Assembly (NCBI RefSeq): GCF_037042905.1 | Contig: NC_087251.1 | Span: forward strand, 19,034,001-19,098,000 | DNA: 64,000 bases | Direction of reading: 5' to 3' | Origin: Lytechinus pictus | Lineage: Eukaryota | In this document: one piece after another, positions 41,440 to 54,900 of the stretch | How the letters are laid out: every line of letters begins with the position of its first letter | How positions within the stretch are numbered: the first letter of the stretch is position 1 | Program-made: the position numbers and the translations under genes | Notes under the pieces: generated by a model | What the model saw: the letters and a program-made list of their open reading frames with translations, nothing else | What the model was told of the DNA's origin: nothing | Databases searched by the model: none

Positions 41440-41674
41440 CTGAGTCCTAAGCCTCTTGATCGGTGGTGGTGATTTTTTTTTTACCCCATTGCCAAAGAAA
41501 GCATTAATGCTTGTAAGCAAGCAACCAGAGGACCGGCGGCCTAAGGTCCTCTGTGACGAACCTGGTATTGAGGATAAATGCCTTACCAAAGGGCACTAGC
41601 GCAATAAGTGGGAATCGACCCCGGGTCACTTGAACCCGGAAACCCCTGCTCTACCGAACTGAGCTATCGCGCCT
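41440..41674 (-). mobile_element. tRNA-derived SINE
   Basis: A box tagctcagttcggtagagc and B box ggtcgattccc, followed by the common SINE body motif gtgccctttggtaaggcattt; 3' end approximate. Confidence 0.7.
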
Positions 41675-41745
41675 CAAGGGATTGCATGTTAACAAATTAT
41701 ACAACTGTCATTCAATAATCATACTCAACCCAATATAGAACTTAC

Positions 41746-41913
41746 CTATGATATCTACAATGTCCTTTCTGACTAATGGTTCGCCTCCCGTTAATCTGAT
41801 TTTATCCACTCCTTCACTAACAAACAATTTAGCTAGATGTAAGATTTCATCTGTTGATAAAAGTCTCTCTTTAGGCGAGAGGGTGACCCCTTCCTCAGGC
41901 ATGCAGTACTGAC
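41746..41913 (-). CDS. MOCS1: MOCS1A exon (QYCMPEEG...[10 protein letters not shown])
   Basis: MoaA motifs; splice phases 1-1. Confidence 0.95.
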
Positions 41914-42378
41914 CTATAAAATGGTAAAATACCAATAATTTAGTTTGACTATTTCTACAGAATCACAAAATAGCCCGATCTATGCTAAAATACAGCTTTC
42001 AATGAATATCATTAATATCAAGAGTAGAAATATTTGCTTTGATTGTAGATATGTTCAAATTGAAACAGCAGTCATATTATTAAATGAAAAATCAATTTTT
42101 TGTGTGTGCAGCCACGCATACACTTTAAGGTAAAAATTTAAAGAATGATTTCTTAATATGCCTCATATTCAATGTACATTTATAGTCTATACCTAATAAA
42201 GTCGAAAACTTTTATTCAATAATGATTATTATCAAGATGCTAATGAAATATAATGACTTAACCAAACTTTAATAAATAACAAGAAAACATGAATCATCAA
42301 AATATCACTAAACATAACATGTGCATGTATCTGAAATACATGTTCATGTATGTTAGGTTGGTTAGAGATTAAACTTAC

Positions 42379-42508
42379 ATCTTAAATTGCATCTTTCCGT
42401 TAATGAAATTCTAAGGTAATTATGATGTCTTTGAAAAGGATCCGTTAAAAAAGCTGAAAAGGGGAGTAATGTATCATCTTGAAAGAATTTCACTTTCGCT
42501 GAAGACAC
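42379..42508 (-). CDS. MOCS1: MOCS1A exon ([29 protein letters not shown])
   Basis: MoaA N-terminal signature and start of the radical-SAM CxxxCxxC motif. Confidence 0.95.
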
Positions 42509-45500
42509 CTGAAATAAATAATATAGAGATTCTTGTTATTGACATAATATTTAACTACATTACAATTTACAAGTAATCAGCAGTGTAATAAATGAGGACC
42601 TAACTTCCTATGGCTACTGAAGATCTGAACATCACTTGATTGAGTTTCCTCATAGATGTACATGTATGTACAGGTATGTAGTATTATTTCTTTTTCAAAT
42701 CTTTATCTTATTTTGTTCAACATAATCAATGAATACTGACTGTGTCATTTAAGTGGAGCTTTAAAAGCAAACCTAATAGCCCAACTACAGTCCCACATAT
42801 TTTTTTTTACTTGATATCACACTGCAAACAAATCCCTGTAACCTTGGAGAAGTTCCTGTTAAATTATTTTTATAATTTTGAAAAGTATGATTAATTGCTA
42901 TATTTTCTTTGGGGGTTATAATAATTAGAAATTTGTTTCCACACTGCCAAAACACATCATCATGAACCTGATATTTTCTGATCTGAGTAGAATTCCTTTA
43001 TAGAAAATAACTTTTCTGTAATTGAGTCGGTACGAAAGGACCCTAGGATCCCTTTTCTTCAAATGTCTAAATAAATCAATAAACTTGTTTTCATATTTCA
43101 AGCCAGCTCATCTGGAAATCATGAGCCAGCTGAAATGCTCCAACATTATGTTTTCCAACCAGTGTTCAGTAATAGGAAATTGAAATCGATAAAATCATGT
43201 ATAGAATGCAGCCAAGGATTACTTCAAGGTGAAAAGGGGAGTGGGCCAGTCACTAATATTGAAAACAAGCAGACACAAAAATCAATTAATATGAATCTCG
43301 TTATTCTAATAATACGATGGCAACACTTGATCAGAGAACTGCCAATACTCAAATCTTTCAGTAAATCAATCAATGCATAAACTCTGAATTAAAAATAAAT
43401 TAAAATAAATATCAGTTGTAACAAGCCAAACGCAGGATTTAGATTTCAACCTCAAAAGATTTTTGAATTAAAATCTTGAGAATTAAAAATAAAATCTTTA
43501 AGATTAAAATGAAATCAAGATCACTGTAATTCAGAGTGTACATGCTGTGTAATGACTAGTTGTGAATTTCCATTCAACCCAAAATCATTTGTTATTGTAT
43601 TGTGACAAGATCCAACGAATACAATAATTCACATCCATCCATGCATTCACAAAGACATTAGATTAATGTCCATAAACAAGTGTACCTTTACAAACTACAA
43701 TTGATGGCAATTGCCTGTATTAAAAAGCAGTAAATAATTTTACTCCTGGAAATTTGATTAATAGCAGCTCACGTTCTTGCTGTATTATGGACAGTCCAAT
43801 GTAAAATCATCCAACAAATGTTTTGTGTAGCGTATTTAATAAGAAATAAATAGCAAATTGCGATGCAAATCATGTGATATGACGATGACAGAAAAAAGTG
43901 TTCCCTGCCTAGTCTATACAATGCTTATTAGAACGTGGTCATGCAATTCTGTTTTCAAGATGTAATTCTTGACCATGTTTTGTAGTGCAAATGTCAATGT
44001 CCATGTTGACTGTCAAGGAAAGGTGCAAACAACTACATCTACATGTACGTCAGAGATTCCAATAAAAAATGAAGTGCCCTTTCTTGATTTCCAAAAGAAC
44101 GACATGATATCAACTTAAAGATGAAAATAAGTTTAATAAACCCACCTAACTGACCTATCACTGAAATAATTTTTTCTTTCACTCCTTTTAAAATTTACCC
44201 TGTTTCACATGTATTCTGTACCTACATTCTTGGAATTACCTTGATATCCCAAATGTATAAATACCAGTTACTCTGTTCTATGATTTTAGGCTGATGATGA
44301 GGTCTGAACCTCGAAACATATTCCGTTTAATAAATTTTTATTTTATTTTCCTTATTTTCGTCCTTTCTTGATTGTTTGTAATTATACAATGCAACCATGA
44401 AAGTGTCAAGAGCAGACTTACAGCATATCGTAGGGCTTCCCATAACGGTATTACCAATTTTGTGATGCCAGAATCAGCATTTTGATACACACTTTGTTTA
44501 AAATGCGGAACTAGTGATCTTCTTTTACTTTCACTAAAATGTGATTCTGAATGATCCCTAATGCACAAAAAGGTGCACTAATTGGACATTTAAACAAAAT
44601 GACAATAAACAGCCTTGTTATGGAATTATATTATGTCGCTTGACAAAATGCATCTTAAGAATACAGCACACTGTTAAAACATAGAACAGTTTAACACAAA
44701 ATTAAGTATCAGCCTACATTAATGTATAAAAAATATAAAAAGACAATTGTGGATAGTTTATTACACTATCCATACAAAGCAAACTTCCACACATGATCTA
44801 AAGAGAACGATGCCCTTTTCTGTCAATAAGATTTTTGACTGGGGAATATTTCTTTTTATCACTTCCAGCTTCATCCTGTTTAATGCACTTCTCAATTTCA
44901 TCTTCACATTTCAGACTCCAATTTAGTCCAAATCACACTTTACACAAAAAGAAAAGACTCCATTTCAGATGAAATGTGTAATTTTCAAAAACTTGAGAGG
45001 TACCACAAACATGAAAGTAAAATGCAACTTTCTAGAATAGATTTTAAGAAATGAAAGAACAAGTCTACATTATAATTACCAAAATAATAAATCCCATACT
45101 AATTGTAAAAAATAAAAATAAATGTTTGCAAAATATACAAAAGTAACACATTGTTCAATGCATTAATAAATAACTAATATTTACCAGATCAAATTTCATC
45201 AATAGTAATACAATATACTAATATGCAACATAAACTTGAATTCGAAGTAAGCATGTTTACTGGCTATGAACTTTTTATCATGAATTTTGTAAGAAAAGGA
45301 AAGCCTATCATCCCACTTGTTCTAATTTTGACCCCATGACCCGATACTGAGGCCAACTAAATCAATATACCTTTGTACTCACCTGATTAAAGTCAACACT
45401 AGTTTCACTATGTAGAAATGCTGCTACAACACCTTGGGTGCATTTGAAGGAGACTGATATTTTATCCCAAATCACTCAAAATAGATGTATTTCAATCATG

Positions 45501-46004
45501 TTTAATGTATTCTGAGAATGATATACACATACATGTAATTGCCATTTAAAGGCTGTGGAGTGTGGATGGCTACAATTTGTACTGAAGAAATTATGTAAAA
45601 TCATTATTTTCTTTTGATGTTAAAATCATGAAAAATAATTTCAGACAATTTTACATGTTATTACACAATGTTGGATTAGCATAAATTAAAAAAATGGGGT
45701 AGATTAGGGCAAATGCTCCCTCTTTGCACCCACTCATACACATAAGTCATTCACTCCCTCCCTTTTTAACTTTAAAATGTTAATCCCATTTTTGCTTATA
45801 AAGTCGGGTATTTGGTACATGTGTAAAGCAAATTTTGAGGGCTTTTTGGTTGGGGTGGGAGTGAGGCCCCTTTCCTATCTAAACAAATAGATGACTGGAA
45901 TATTTTTCTATACAGAAATATGAAAAACAAAACAAAACTCTGTTTATTATCCACCCTCTGGGGGAATAGACCTTGATTCATCTCACATAAAGTACTGTAC
46001 TCAC

Positions 46005-46202
46005 CTGTTTGCTACTGGACAACACGGATGCCGTTCTATGCAAGCATCTCTTAGGCACTACCATATGATGATGATGATGATAATGGGGTTGGGGATGTGG
46101 GAGGTGGTTGTTAAGCAACCCAAGAGCCGACACCTTCCATATATGGCATGCCACACAGGGGGTCCTGCTGATCAGTATACTGCATGGTCTATTTGAGAAC
46201 AT
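46005..46202 (-). CDS. MOCS1: MOCS1 first coding exon, putative mitochondrial targeting region
   Basis: ATG at 46202, 12 nt into an exon with acceptor catacag (exon start 46214). Arg/Ser-rich and acid-free. Donor gtgagt, phase 0, fits the next exon. Confidence 0.6.
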
Positions 46203-47360
46203 TTTATTGCGAGTCTGTATGTGATGAGAAATTGAAAAATCATTATCAACAACATAAGCAAAACGCAAACTAGTACTTTTTTTACTGATTCCAGAAGCAA
46301 TTGTCGGAGGCTCTTTTTCAAACTCAACAACAGCGTGAAAAGTGGACCAGCAGTAGCTAAGACAATTTAAATGTAACATGGTTATGTGCCACACGTTCAT
46401 ATATTATATACGTACCTCTATGTACACCCTACTTGATATAGGAGAATTTAATCCTAAGAAGCCCTCGTAATAAAACACGAGCGGGTTTGTCAGGGCATCG
46501 CATCTCGACGGACTTGGTGGATAATAAAAAATGCTATCATTATGTTGCTCTTTCCATATACATGTATTAATAAAAATAATAAGCAAATTTTGATTTAAAA
46601 AAAAAACTATTTCTGATAATCATATAAGAAGGCAATAATAGTTACAATTTGACAGATTTGCCAAAATCATTATCAACCAACCAACCAACCTACTAAATCC
46701 TAAAATTGAAACAACATATTTGTATACCTTAGATTTACCGGTAACCATATATCTGGACAAGACCGAATCATAATCTATTTCTGGTCAAAGAAAAGTTAGA
46801 TACTACCCGTCATAGGTCGACATTTAAATATTGCTCTGTTTGGTAACAATAAATTCTGCATTTTTTGTGAAAATATTGGCAAATTTGTTACCTTATGCGT
46901 CCGTTCCAAGAAAATTTGAACTTCTCAACAAGCATCAAGAAATCGCCAGTTTGCAAGCTGAGGTCTCAACTTATTATAAACCAATTTTATGGCATTTTAA
47001 CCTCCATCTGATCTTACCTTTGTCTGCTTGACTTGTTTTCTAAAGCTTTGCAAAACTATAGTGGGTAAATTAAGGTCACCAGCCAATCACGTTTGTGTTA
47101 CGAGAGCTAGCACCCACATAATGCACAGCGCTAGTGCTAGCGCGCACCATATAGATCTAGTACCGCGATCCTGTTCCATAGACCCCGTTTTTAACACTGC
47201 CCAGTACCCTAAGAATCGACCCTGTAATATTTTACCACTGAAATCGGTTCCTTAGACCGATTTAGGATTTCGTCATCAGGCTAACGTTAAGCATAAGAAA
47301 TATAATTTGAGTACCCCCCCTCCCCCCTCAACATCAAGATCTAGGCCTGGCTAATATTAA

Positions 47361-47866
47361 CCCAGGGAGCTCCGGAGTCGTCCGTGTAATACGAGGCAGA
47401 CATATACTCTCCAAAATGGGGTAGATTGGGGTCGCAATAGCACTCCAAATAAAAAGGGGAAAAATAAATTATGCACTTACCTCGATTATATGGATGAAGG
47501 TCTATCGTGACACAGATATCCTGACATCGAGGCACAAACTGGACCCTCAAAAAAGGAAAAGTTTTACCTCTGTCGCGTTCGTTCTCAGTATCGGCCATTT
47601 TGTTTTCAATTTTGACAGAACGAACGAGACAGAACTTTTCCTTTTTTTGAGGGTCCAGTTTGTGCCTCGATGTCAAGATTTCTGTGTCACGATAGACCTT
47701 CATCCATATAATCGAGGTAAGTGCATAATTTATTTTTCTCCATTTTATTTGGAGTGCTATTGCGACCCCAATCTACCGTACCCCATTTTGGAGAGTATAT
47801 GTCTGCCTCGTATTACACGTATGACTCCTGGGCTACCGCCCGCAAAGCGTGCCGGAGCTCCCTGGG
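47361..47866. mobile_element. Palindromic piggyBac-like MITE
   Basis: TTAA|CCCaggg ... ccctGGG|TTAG; ~225-bp near-identical inverted arms with a ~30-nt loop. Confidence 0.75.
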
Positions 47867-48223
47867 TTAGGCTACTATATATCCATCTTCATATGTTACA
47901 GTTCAGCATAGCCCACTCAAGGGTTCATTACATGCCGCCGCGTACAGAAAAATCAAGCCATAGAAGTCATGTGTTGTGGAAACCAGAAGTGGGATGGCAG
48001 CACGCGCGACCCACTAGATAGAAATCCACTGCCAAACGCGGTTCATGGTTAGTATACTAATAACCTCGCAAACGTGTGAGCATAGCCATAGGTCCCTCGG
48101 CCTAGTGCATCTGCCAACATGGCCAAGCCCAAGGAACTGTTGAGGGAATGAGGAGTCACAAATTCAATTTCAAGCCAGTCCCACCACTAAGAGTAAGACT
48201 AAGTCAGAGTAAGATTCTATAGT

Positions 48224-48670
48224 CAGTAGAGGCGCACGGCCAATATGGGAGACTCTCTCCAATAGGGGAGACAATCTCCCACATTGGAGACTTGCTTTGC
48301 AAAAGGACAAAAGAAACAACACCAACAAAAGCATGAATTTTTCCACCCAATATTTTGTCTCACTGAGGTCAGAAGCCCATTTGTTTTGTGTGTGATTGAC
48401 AACAAAAATCCTTATCAAAACAAAAGTAGACAGTGAATATTTAAAGTAGACTGTGAAAAGGGGTAATTTTTCTTGAGGAATCTGCTTATCACATTTTTAT
48501 TTGCCGCCAAGGTAATCCTTTTGCAGCAAATGTAAACAAAGGAAATTGGACTCCAAAACTGGAGACTGTCTCTGAAATTGGATACCCAAATTCTTTACAA
48601 AAGTCTCTGATATTGGAGATAATCTCCCACATTGGAGACAGTCTCCAATATTGGCCGTGCGCCTCTACTG
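48224..48670. mobile_element. MITE with 5-bp TSD
   Basis: ATAGT|cagtagaggcgcacggccaatat ... atattggccgtgcgcctctactg|ATAGT; subterminal ggaga..tctcc repeats. Confidence 0.8.
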
Positions 48671-48966
48671 ATAGTATGGGAGTATGGGCCTACACTAGTA
48701 GTAGTTTTATGATTCAAACAAAAAGACACTCACAACTGGTTAGATAATGTTACCGACTACTGACTCATCAAGTTCAACTTTAATTAATTCAAGATTAGAT
48801 AGGCCTAATTTTTTAGACAAGAAAATGCAGCCATTTTTACTTTTAGACCATAACGTTAGACCGGTATTAATACCGGTAGGCGGTACCACTACCGCCACCG
48901 GTACGCTGGTACGTTAGAAAAGTGGATCAACAGAATTCAGAAGTCATTTTCGCTACAGACACTTAC

Positions 48967-49100
48967 CTGTGGTTCTACCCTGTTTTTTATTTTGGCTGTC
49001 TAACATTACACGGCAGTTACACTCTATTGATAGCTTTTGTGGATCACTCTGGCTAAATCACATGCTCAGCGAGCTCAGCTCAACATGGTCATGGAATGCA
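48967..49100 (-). other. MOCS1: Putative non-coding first exon (5' UTR) of MOCS1
   Basis: Strong donor CAG|gtaagt at 48967 in a CpG-enriched, promoter-like stretch upstream of the first coding exon; transcription start not determined. Confidence 0.4.
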
Positions 49101-49260
49101 ACTTGAGTACGTACGACCGATACCATACGACATCAGAGACCAGACGAGAGGGGGGTATGGTAAACCACAATCGTGTAACGTAGCGAGCAATTTACCCCAC
49201 TATATATACGCGGTGCTGACAAGAAACTGGTGGCGTATATTAATAGAGGGGGGGGGGGGG

Positions 49261-49656
49261 CAGAAGCGGATCTAGAGGGGGGGTTGGGGGGGTTGCAACC
49301 CCCCCCAAAAAAAAAAATCCGGGGACCATTTTTTTAAATCTTATCTTTTTTTTTTAACTTGTAATTTTATTTTATTCTATTTCTATGTATTTATTTCATT
49401 TATTATTATTATTATTATTTCTTTTTGGGGGAGGGGGGGGGGGGTTGGGCGAACAAATGTCACAGAGTCCCTTGCCCCCCCCCCCCATCAGCTTTTTCAC
49501 ACACAGATTTTCAAAAATTTTCCCTACTGTGGGAGGGGGGACACCCCCCTCCCACACCCTCCCCCCTCGCTCGCTCCGCTCGCTTGGACTCGGTCGCTAC
49601 GCTCCCTCGCATACCACCCCAACCCCCCCCTTTATAAAAAGCTGGATCCGCCCCTG
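49261..49656. mobile_element. Non-autonomous hAT-like element inserted in a G-run
   Basis: cagaagcggatctag ... ctggatccgcccctg, flanked by poly-G on both sides. Confidence 0.6.
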
Positions 49657-52654
49657 GGGGGGGGGGGGACTTAAAAAAATTCCCCCGAAGTTCCACAACC
49701 AGTAAAGACAGGGGAAAGAGAAGTTACAAAGGAAAAAAGGAGAAATCCATATATCATTATCTCGATACATTAGCAGCATTCTCAGTCGCTCACGTCTTCA
49801 AGTTCAATTTATTTTTTTATTTTCAATTAAAAATCACAATATAAAAATTCATAAAAATACAATTGAGCAAATGTAAACCATATTCATGTACAGTATTACA
49901 AAAGTCTTCCACATAAAATATATATATATACAATAAGTTAACATTTTAAACAACAGAGGAAATAGGGAAATTATTTTAAAAAAATAGAGTTTGCATAACC
50001 TCCCCTGAAGGAATTAGACAAAATATAATTGACAAAGTAAGATATAAGAAACTTATTTGCCAACAATTAAACACAAGAAAAACCAAAGAAAAACAAAACA
50101 AGATCAAACAATAAAGGGGAACAAACAAAAACCAAACCAAACAAACCTATACACAAAAGTAAAAAGTGGAAAGTAAATCTACACAAGTTGAAGATTGATT
50201 AAATGCTCCTTTATACTTATTTTAAATGCATTATAATTCCTTGTTGATGTTATATTACTTGGCAGGTCGTTCCAAACTGTTCACGGTGCTTTGTGACTGA
50301 ATGAAAATAGCAAATAGGATTTTTCGACTGCCCATAAATTATATTTATTTTTATTCCTTGTATTATCATGATTATAGTTATTACTGACGTATTGAAAGCA
50401 TATTATTGAGTAAACAAGGTAAAAAAAAACAATTTTATGTTTGAACAATAAAATCAAGGTGCAATATCTATTCAATTGATAAATGTCAAGAATTTAGAGT
50501 GATTTGAACAGTGGCCTACTATGGGCATAATATGAATTCAAAGAATATATTCTAACAGCATTCTTTTGTAATAAAAAGAGGGACTTCAACTTAGATTTGT
50601 ATTAGTGTTTGCCCAAACAGCATTACAGTAAGTCAAAAATGGTAAAATAAATGTATTGTAAAGCAATCTCAGTATATTTTTAGGTAAAAAATTAGCCTTC
50701 CAATTTCTTTCATTTTTTTGAGATGCGAGTCCTTTGGAACTTACAAAGTTGAGTGTGTTAATTGTGATAAATCAGTGATCAAGCATTATCAATTAAGGTT
50801 TTTAGAGCAAATTTCAAAATATATTAAATTGAAATTTAATGCATAAGTGAACATGAAATACAAGTTTCAACTTTTTCACGTGGATCTCAGCAATGTGTTC
50901 ATGGAAGTCAGAATAGGGATGAGATAGGACTTAGGTGGGGGGAAGTAGGTTGATGGGATAAGGGTCAACAGAACACTTAACCCCCTCTCCCTCTCTCTAC
51001 CCCTTTCTCCCCTCCTGAGGGACTAGCCTTTGCTAGGGTGAGCAGGAATTAGCCTTCCATTTTTTTAGAGCTGAATCGTTTGGAACTTGCAAAGTTAAGG
51101 GTGTTATGCTAAATTACTAATGAATTGAGATCAGTTTTGGTTTCTTAAGCAAATTTCAGTTACTAAATTGAAATGTAATGCATGAGTAAACAGTAATTGT
51201 AATTTTAGTGTTGCATTTTTAGTTTATTATGTGGATCTTAGCAAGTGTGCTTGTGAGAGTCAGAGAAATGTGATGGTACATGACATTGTACCTGTTACAT
51301 GCAAGTGGGTGAGATAGGGTAAGACTGGGTTAAATGGGGTTCTTCTTCGTGCTCTCTTACAAATTACAAATCGTGTACTCACCACCGCCCTCCATCCCCT
51401 TTCTTTCTCCCGAATGGTATTCAAAACTTAAATGCCAAGTGACTGATGATTGATGGGTCTTTCTTTTCTGTTGTTGAATGATTATTAAAAACTTGACTAA
51501 TTATGGTGATTTATGAAATAATTCATCGAAAAAGCTGAATGTTTGATTAATAATTTATTGAAAAAGATGAATGTTTGATTGTTCACATTGATTGAGTTGA
51601 TTTACTAACACATTGCTGATTGATTGAATGATTGATAGGTAAAGGCTAATGACCTAATTTTCAGAATTTATTATCAAATTGATAGTCCGCTCTGGACTTA
51701 ATGCGTATACATTGCATGTAATAGCAATCAGTCTCGATCTAAACATCAGGAGGGGGGGGGGCGGACCTCGTAGGAGGGAGGCTAAACGTTCTGTTGACCC
51801 TTTTCCCATCAGCTTACTTCACCCACTGAAGTCCGTCTTATCCCCATCCTCCTGACTCCAATGAACGCACTGCTGAGATCCACATTTTAAAGTTAAAATG
51901 CTGCACTAAAGATTGCAATTCACGCTCACTCATGCATGAAATTCCAATTTGATAATTTATGAAATTTGCTCTAACAATTTAATGAATGAACATTAATATT
52001 TGTCACAACACCATCAAGTTTGCAAGTTCCAAGGGACTCGCCCCTCAAAAACTGAAAAAAATCGGAAGGCTAATTCTTGCCCATCCTTATTTTCATATCC
52101 TTTGTTTAGTGCTCACTCAAGCATGAATAGTTTTCCAACTTTATTTGTGTCATCTGAAAGTTGACTTTATTGGCTTTTCATAGGCTATATATATAGATGT
52201 TTTTCCCCCAAAGTGACATATTTTTTGTTTATATATATATATATATATATATTGTAGCAAAATTTATATATATTAGAGTGAGAGTGAACAGGTGAATTAA
52301 GGTCATGGACCTATTACTGGTTAAGGTACTATTTCTTTTGAGAAAAAAAATAGAAGAATAAAAAGAAAAACCAGCAAAGCTACCTTTCTTCCCTTTCCTC
52401 CCTTCGCTTACCCTTTTCGCCTCTCTCCCCCCCCCTTATTTTTTTTTTTTTTTGGGGGGGGGGGACTTTTTTAGGGGGCGACCCCCTGGCTACGCGCCTG
52501 GAGGATTGTACGGGTGAGGGTTCAGAGATCGAGCGACACAGAAATAAAATTGTAAGTCTTCTCTATAGTTGAAAGAAGCATTGTGAAGCCCCAACATGGT
52601 GTGCCAAAGTAGGGCACTTGCAGGCGCGCGGGGACACTTTTTTGGTGGGGGTGC

Positions 52655-54900
52655 AATATTGTATTGTATTGTATTTATTTAATCACAGTAAAACTTACAT
52701 TCAGTCATAACAGACTACTTTTCAGCAAGTCCGTGAACATTAAAAAACATGAGACGATACGAAAATATTAAAAAATATTACAGTAATACATAAAAACATA
52801 CATTATATTAACATGAAAAACAATGATAGTAAAAGTACATAAAACTGCAGTGCGAAGAGAAATTATAGAAATTCTCTAGCCCCCCCCCCCCTCGGAAAAT
52901 GAGTTAAAAGTCGATGGAATTATCCGATTTAATAAATAAAGAGAACTGATCTAATTGTCGGGTTTTACTTGGTATATAAGGAATTATATAATTGAATACC
53001 TATATAGAGACCACCGTCCCTTTAAAAAAAATTGTTTTTGGTTTTTCGAGACTAATCCTATACACTGGTAATTACGAATAAAATAAATACTTTTCTTGAA
53101 ACTAATTTTGGAGCAGAAGAAAGATGAAAGTTGTCCATGAAATAATTTAAATATAAAGGAAACTGCCTGTTTTTTCTATGGCAATTCTAGCATGTCAGTG
53201 TTCAGAGTAGAATACAATGGTTTCTATAGGCCTATCTATAATCAACCATACGCAGTGCTCGATTTTGATTAACTAAAACTTTCCCTGCATTGAACCATAC
53301 TATACAGTGCGTATCAAAAAAAAGTTAACACTTTGAAAAAGCCCTGGGAATTAAAAAATATATAACATGTGGGTAATTTTTTAAACATAATCTTGTGTTT
53401 GGGTCTCATCTATCCAATGAAAGTAAAAGTTTTGACAGAATGTTACACTTGAGTGAGCACTGTCCATTTTTGTAAAGCTCGCAGAAATCCGTTTGCGCAG
53501 AAATGCTTGTTTTCACCCTGTGTCAAGGGGAAAGGGCGAAATCAGACTTACCCTGCGAAACATTTCTCATACATTTCATTTGCAATTTTAGTCAATTGAA
53601 ATAACACGGATATATTCAAGCATTTTGTAACAATTTTGCCACCCAAATTGAAATTTCAACACTTAGTAAGCACAATCTTTACCATGTTTACCCTTTTTGT
53701 GCCAGCTGGATCTGAGGACATAACTGAATCTGAACAAAATTTTATATCAGACATCTCAAGCATTTTTTCACTAAGTTTTTATCATTTAATGTGGGTTTAC
53801 ATTTCATTTTTCATTTAATACTTGTTTCTCCACACTTTTCCCAAGCTTGACAATGATTAACAAAATGAAAATCAAGCCTAAGTCATTTTATGTAAATCAC
53901 AGCTCGGTGTAAAGCAAATATCGTCAGGATGGCCTCGGTGTGTGGGGGAGTGGGATGGGGCGCAATGCACTCTTCGAAGTGTTTTGGGCAAGGAAACAAG
54001 TTAAAATAGGTAAAAGATATATTCAAATCAATGTTATTAGCTAAATTCCACGTGTTCTTCATGATTAAGGTTTACTTTTATTCGCATTACTATTTCAAAG
54101 TTCTGCGCAAATTATTTTTCGACGGTTATATCGTCATTTGCTTAGATGGATCTGTACCAATGTTAAAATGTGGAAAAATCTTCACGATATTACAAATGAC
54201 TACTTTCACAGGATTTTTTCTAAGTGTAAACTTTTTTTTGATACGCACTGTAGAGCAGTAATAAGTGTGAATGAAAGAGTGATTTGTAAAGCATTACAGC
54301 AGTATTCAGACTGATGAACGGCCTGAGCCGCTTCAAACAATACAGGGTTTTTGTCGCTTTCGTCTTAACAAATTTATGTAACATGAGCATTCCAATTGAG
54401 CGGTGCACTAAGCATAACGCCAAGGTATTTGCACTCTTCCACTTTTTTTTTTTTTTTCACCGTCAATTTGAACATGTGCATTTGCAAATGATAATAATTT
54501 ACGTCTTGATCCAAATATGATAAATTCACATTTCTTATGGTTCAGTAATTATTAATTACATTAAACCAGTCTGAAATCCATGCCAAATCTTCATTTAGAC
54601 AGGAACATAAATCAGAAACATTATCGGAGGAATATTATATACAGGTATCATCATCGTACATTGAAATACTGCAGAACTTTATAATAGTACAAATATCATT
54701 TATGAAAAGAAAAAACATCAACGGACCAATAATACTCCCTTGTGGAATTCCATAGGTAACTGTATTATAAGGAAAAATGTATAATTGATAACTGTTACAT
54801 GTTTTCTTAAAGTTAAATAGCTTTGGAACCATCGTATGCTTGACTCATCGAACCCCAGAAGATCAAGTTTTCTTAACAGAATATCGTGCGGGGAAACCAT
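52655..54900 (-). mobile_element. 5'-truncated decayed LINE (CR1/L2-like RT), interrupted by a Tc1-type element
   Basis: HDILLRKLDLLG..IRWFQSYL and GIPQGSIIGPLMFFLFINDI..SMYDDDT RT motifs with frameshifts; (tacaa)n-type tail near 52655. Confidence 0.7.
53305..54250. mobile_element. Tc1/mariner-type non-autonomous element nested in the LINE
   Basis: TA|cagtgcgtatcaaaaaaaagttaacactt ... aagtgtaaacttttttttgatacgcactg|TA. Confidence 0.85.

Noticed and set aside
41600-41674. Possible tRNA gene
   Set aside because: No proper cloverleaf or acceptor stem, and it continues into a SINE body.
27010-42508. Bacterial-type moaA/moaC operon, horizontal transfer or CRISPR array
   Set aside because: The gene has spliceosomal introns and animal MOCS1 architecture; no repeat-spacer array is seen anywhere in the window.
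47341-48021. Two opposite-strand ORFs with the same N-terminus (MKVYRDT...)
   Set aside because: Artefact of the palindromic MITE arms.
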